Shown one piece after another: positions 61,152 through 64,000 of a stretch of 64,000 bases of DNA; the first letter of the stretch is position 1, and each line of letters opens with the position of its first letter. Source of the DNA: Chrysomallon squamiferum (Eukaryota; Animalia; Mollusca); contig CM022669.1 in assembly GCA_012295275.1 (NCBI GenBank), positions 15,686,001-15,750,000 of the forward strand, written 5' to 3'. Under the pieces are notes generated by a model that worked only from the letters and a program-made list of their open reading frames with translations, made no database searches and had not been told where the DNA came from. The position numbers and the translations under genes were made by a program.

Positions 61152-62473
61152 ACTATATGACAAGATAAAACTATTTTTCAGAGATGTTTATCACAACTCA
61201 GTTTTGATTACAGGTAGATAGTGACACCTGCCATTATCACTTGCACGCTTTGCCGGAGTCTGACGGAAATTAATTCCGATCTCTTTCTCTCCTTAAAAAG
61301 ACATGGCCCAGATATTTATTTTCTCTTTCTTTCTATTCCATTTATTTTTCATTGTTCCTGACCTTTTTACTTTAAGTAGCACTTCTGGTCTTCTTCACGG
61401 ATATTATAGCAATGTGTAAAGAAAATAATATCAGATGGCAGTACTTACTGGAAAATTAGGTCAGAATGGGACACAAAATACCAGTATCAGATTTTTGTCC
61501 CGATTCTAGCACTGTTTTTAGCACGTTAACATAATAGTGAATTAAAGGTACTATAAATCGTAATTCGTTAAAAGGTAGAGGGCATGATTTTCTATATGCT
61601 GACGGAAGAAATATAATTAAGAAATGTTAATTAACATCATTATGTTAATATCAGTCTGTCAGCTGCTATCGTAAATCATATACAGACAATACAAGACATT
61701 AACTTTTATACACCAATAATGCTTGTTCGGCATTAGCTTGAAAGTTAAAGTGCGTTGAGGTGTATTTATCCGGCAATCTAAGATAGCTTCACTGTTATTA
61801 CAAGTCTCCTTGAGTGAAGTAGCTAAAGTAGAATGCACTGGAAAATACATAGGGCTACATGTATTCTAATATGTTTTATGATTAAAGATGATATGGCGAT
61901 ATGGCAAGGCATGATTCTGAGACTCATCACTTTACGTGTTAAAGATCTGCCAGCGAGTTTCATGTCACTCTTCACTTAATGTAGATATATGCACGATCTT
62001 GTATCGGTAAAAGAGCTGTGTGCACAGCGCCTTTAATAACACCGCCAACACCAAAACGGTAATTGCTTCTGATTTTTTGGTGTATGCAACCGGGCAGATT
62101 AGGTCTGCTGGGTTTCTCAAATTAAGCCGGGAATACATTTTTATCTCTGGGTAATGAAACAGAAAATCTGTTTAGCCAATCTTCGTCTTGTCTGGCCTGG
62201 CCTTAACGAATGCGACATATCATCATTCATGCACGGTTATTGTGGATGAAAGATGACGACATTAACAGATGCAAGAAACTGAAAACAAGCTTTAAAAAAA
62301 CACACAAAAAACGAAAGAAAATGTGGCATAAGCAACTGGTCGCTGCATTTAACCTTGGAAATGCCGAAGAGCGGCAGGTTGGACAGGTTGCATCCTTCAC
62401 GCCGTTTTATACTGATTATTATGCACAGTAATCTTAATTGACTGTCGGATTCTTCGGAATCCAGTCTTTTCAG

Positions 62474-62513
<40 letters not shown>

Positions 62514-63523
62514 CGAAATAAAACAGAAGCCTTCTTGTGGATAGGTGAAGTCATAACATCATTTACCATTCCTTTCAACTTTTTATTTATTAGTTTCGGA
62601 TTTATGTAGATATTTACTTGATTGCCTGTCTTGATGAAAGACACAGTGTCCGAAACACAGTTAGAAAATAAATGAACTTGCATACATAATACAGGTTTTG
62701 TGTCTACTAATATTAACACCAGCGGAGGATAGAACAAATTCAGTAAAAGCAATGAAAAGCTATTACCAATATACTGTGATTATTGCAGTTATTACCTTTT
62801 CTGCTTCTGCTAGTACTATTAATACTACTACTGCTGCTGCGGCTGCTGTCGTCACTAGTACAATTACTGCTACTGCTACTGCTACTACTACTATACTATT
62901 GCTGCTACTACTATCACTACCGTTAGCACCTCCAACATCACTACTATTACAACTACTACTAAAATTACTATTTCTGTTACTAAAAACTGCTTATTATTTC
63001 TGCTACAGTTCCTACTTCTACAACTACTGCTATCACTACTTTACTTCTGCTACTACAAAATAATAATGATAAGCAGAAGAAGAAGAGCGGAAATAAATAC
63101 GGTGCTGACAATAGAGATAAAACAAGAACAAATTATACGACGGAAAGCAAAAAACAAAAAAAAAAAAATAAACTGAAAAGATGCTTACGCTGTTTTGCAT
63201 TTGAAAGCAGAAATAAAGAATATAATTTTTTTTTTTATATATATATATCCATGTCGACTACTTCATACAGACTATTTCTTTGTTGCTTTAAAACTTTTGT
63301 AGGTGCCTGGTAAATAATATGCTTAATGTTTTCCGCTTTCGTGTGCTTTGTTTATTAATTGTATTTAACCACGCCTTTTCTTTCTGACAGTATCCTTCAA
63401 CTGTTCTTAGTGATACACATCTGTTTTCTATTTTCTGCAGTTTGGTTTATTTATGAATGCGATGTATTGTTTTCTAATAGGCAAATTTCTGTTGTTTTCA
63501 TTACTCACTAAAGTTTACATATA

Positions 63524-63567
<44 letters not shown>

Positions 63568-64000
63568 TACATACACACACACACATAACATACACATATG
63601 AACAACTTGGCATAAAATCTGGCTGTTTTTTACAAAATGAATAAAGATCTACTTTACGACCTACGTCAGGCCCAATAGATTCTAGGATCAATACTTCTGT
63701 ATACACTCTTCTGTTTTATTTCCAGTAACTCAAGAGAGGCCTGTCAAAGACCGTGGTATGTACTTCACTGTCAAGTAAAGCTGCATATATAAAATCCATT
63801 AAAACCAAGTCAGGAAAAAAAACATGCCACGTTTGTTTTTGTTTTCTTTTCTAAACCGAATACATTAGGACGGGAACTAAGAGGCATATAAAAAACTGAT
63901 ATTCATGAATATAAATACTTTGTTTCAGAACAGGTGACAAATATTTAAAAAAGAAGAAGAAATAATTAATTACTGCTAAGAGCAAGAAGAGATAAGTTAT

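Noticed and set aside
62210-62431. 73-aa non-repetitive plus-strand ORF
   Set aside because: No recognisable domain or supporting exon chain.

Overview
This is AT-rich, microsatellite-dense animal genomic DNA with GT-AG introns. It looks like an invertebrate, possibly a mollusc or cephalopod, but that is inference only. Nearly all ORFs in the supplied track are simple-repeat artefacts. Manual splicing recovers two minus-strand genes. (1) An ADAMTS-like gene of the ADAMTSL4/THSD4 type spans about 19241-50723. It encodes a signal peptide, TSR1, a Cys-rich module, a spacer, a ~540-aa low-complexity insert, six further TSRs and a PLAC domain. It has two candidate 5' coding exons and two 1-nt frame discrepancies in short A-runs. 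(2) The 5' end of an Amt-family ammonium transporter appears as TWO paralogous first coding exons (10077-10236 and 1728-1836). Each has its own ATG, N-glycosylation sequon, TM1 and an identical phase-1 donor, and I found no other Amt exon between them. This duplicated first-exon architecture is the most interesting signal in the window. Also present are a 290-bp MITE with a 5-bp TSD, a 39-bp minisatellite that copies an exon/donor junction, an 85-bp minisatellite and several local duplications.
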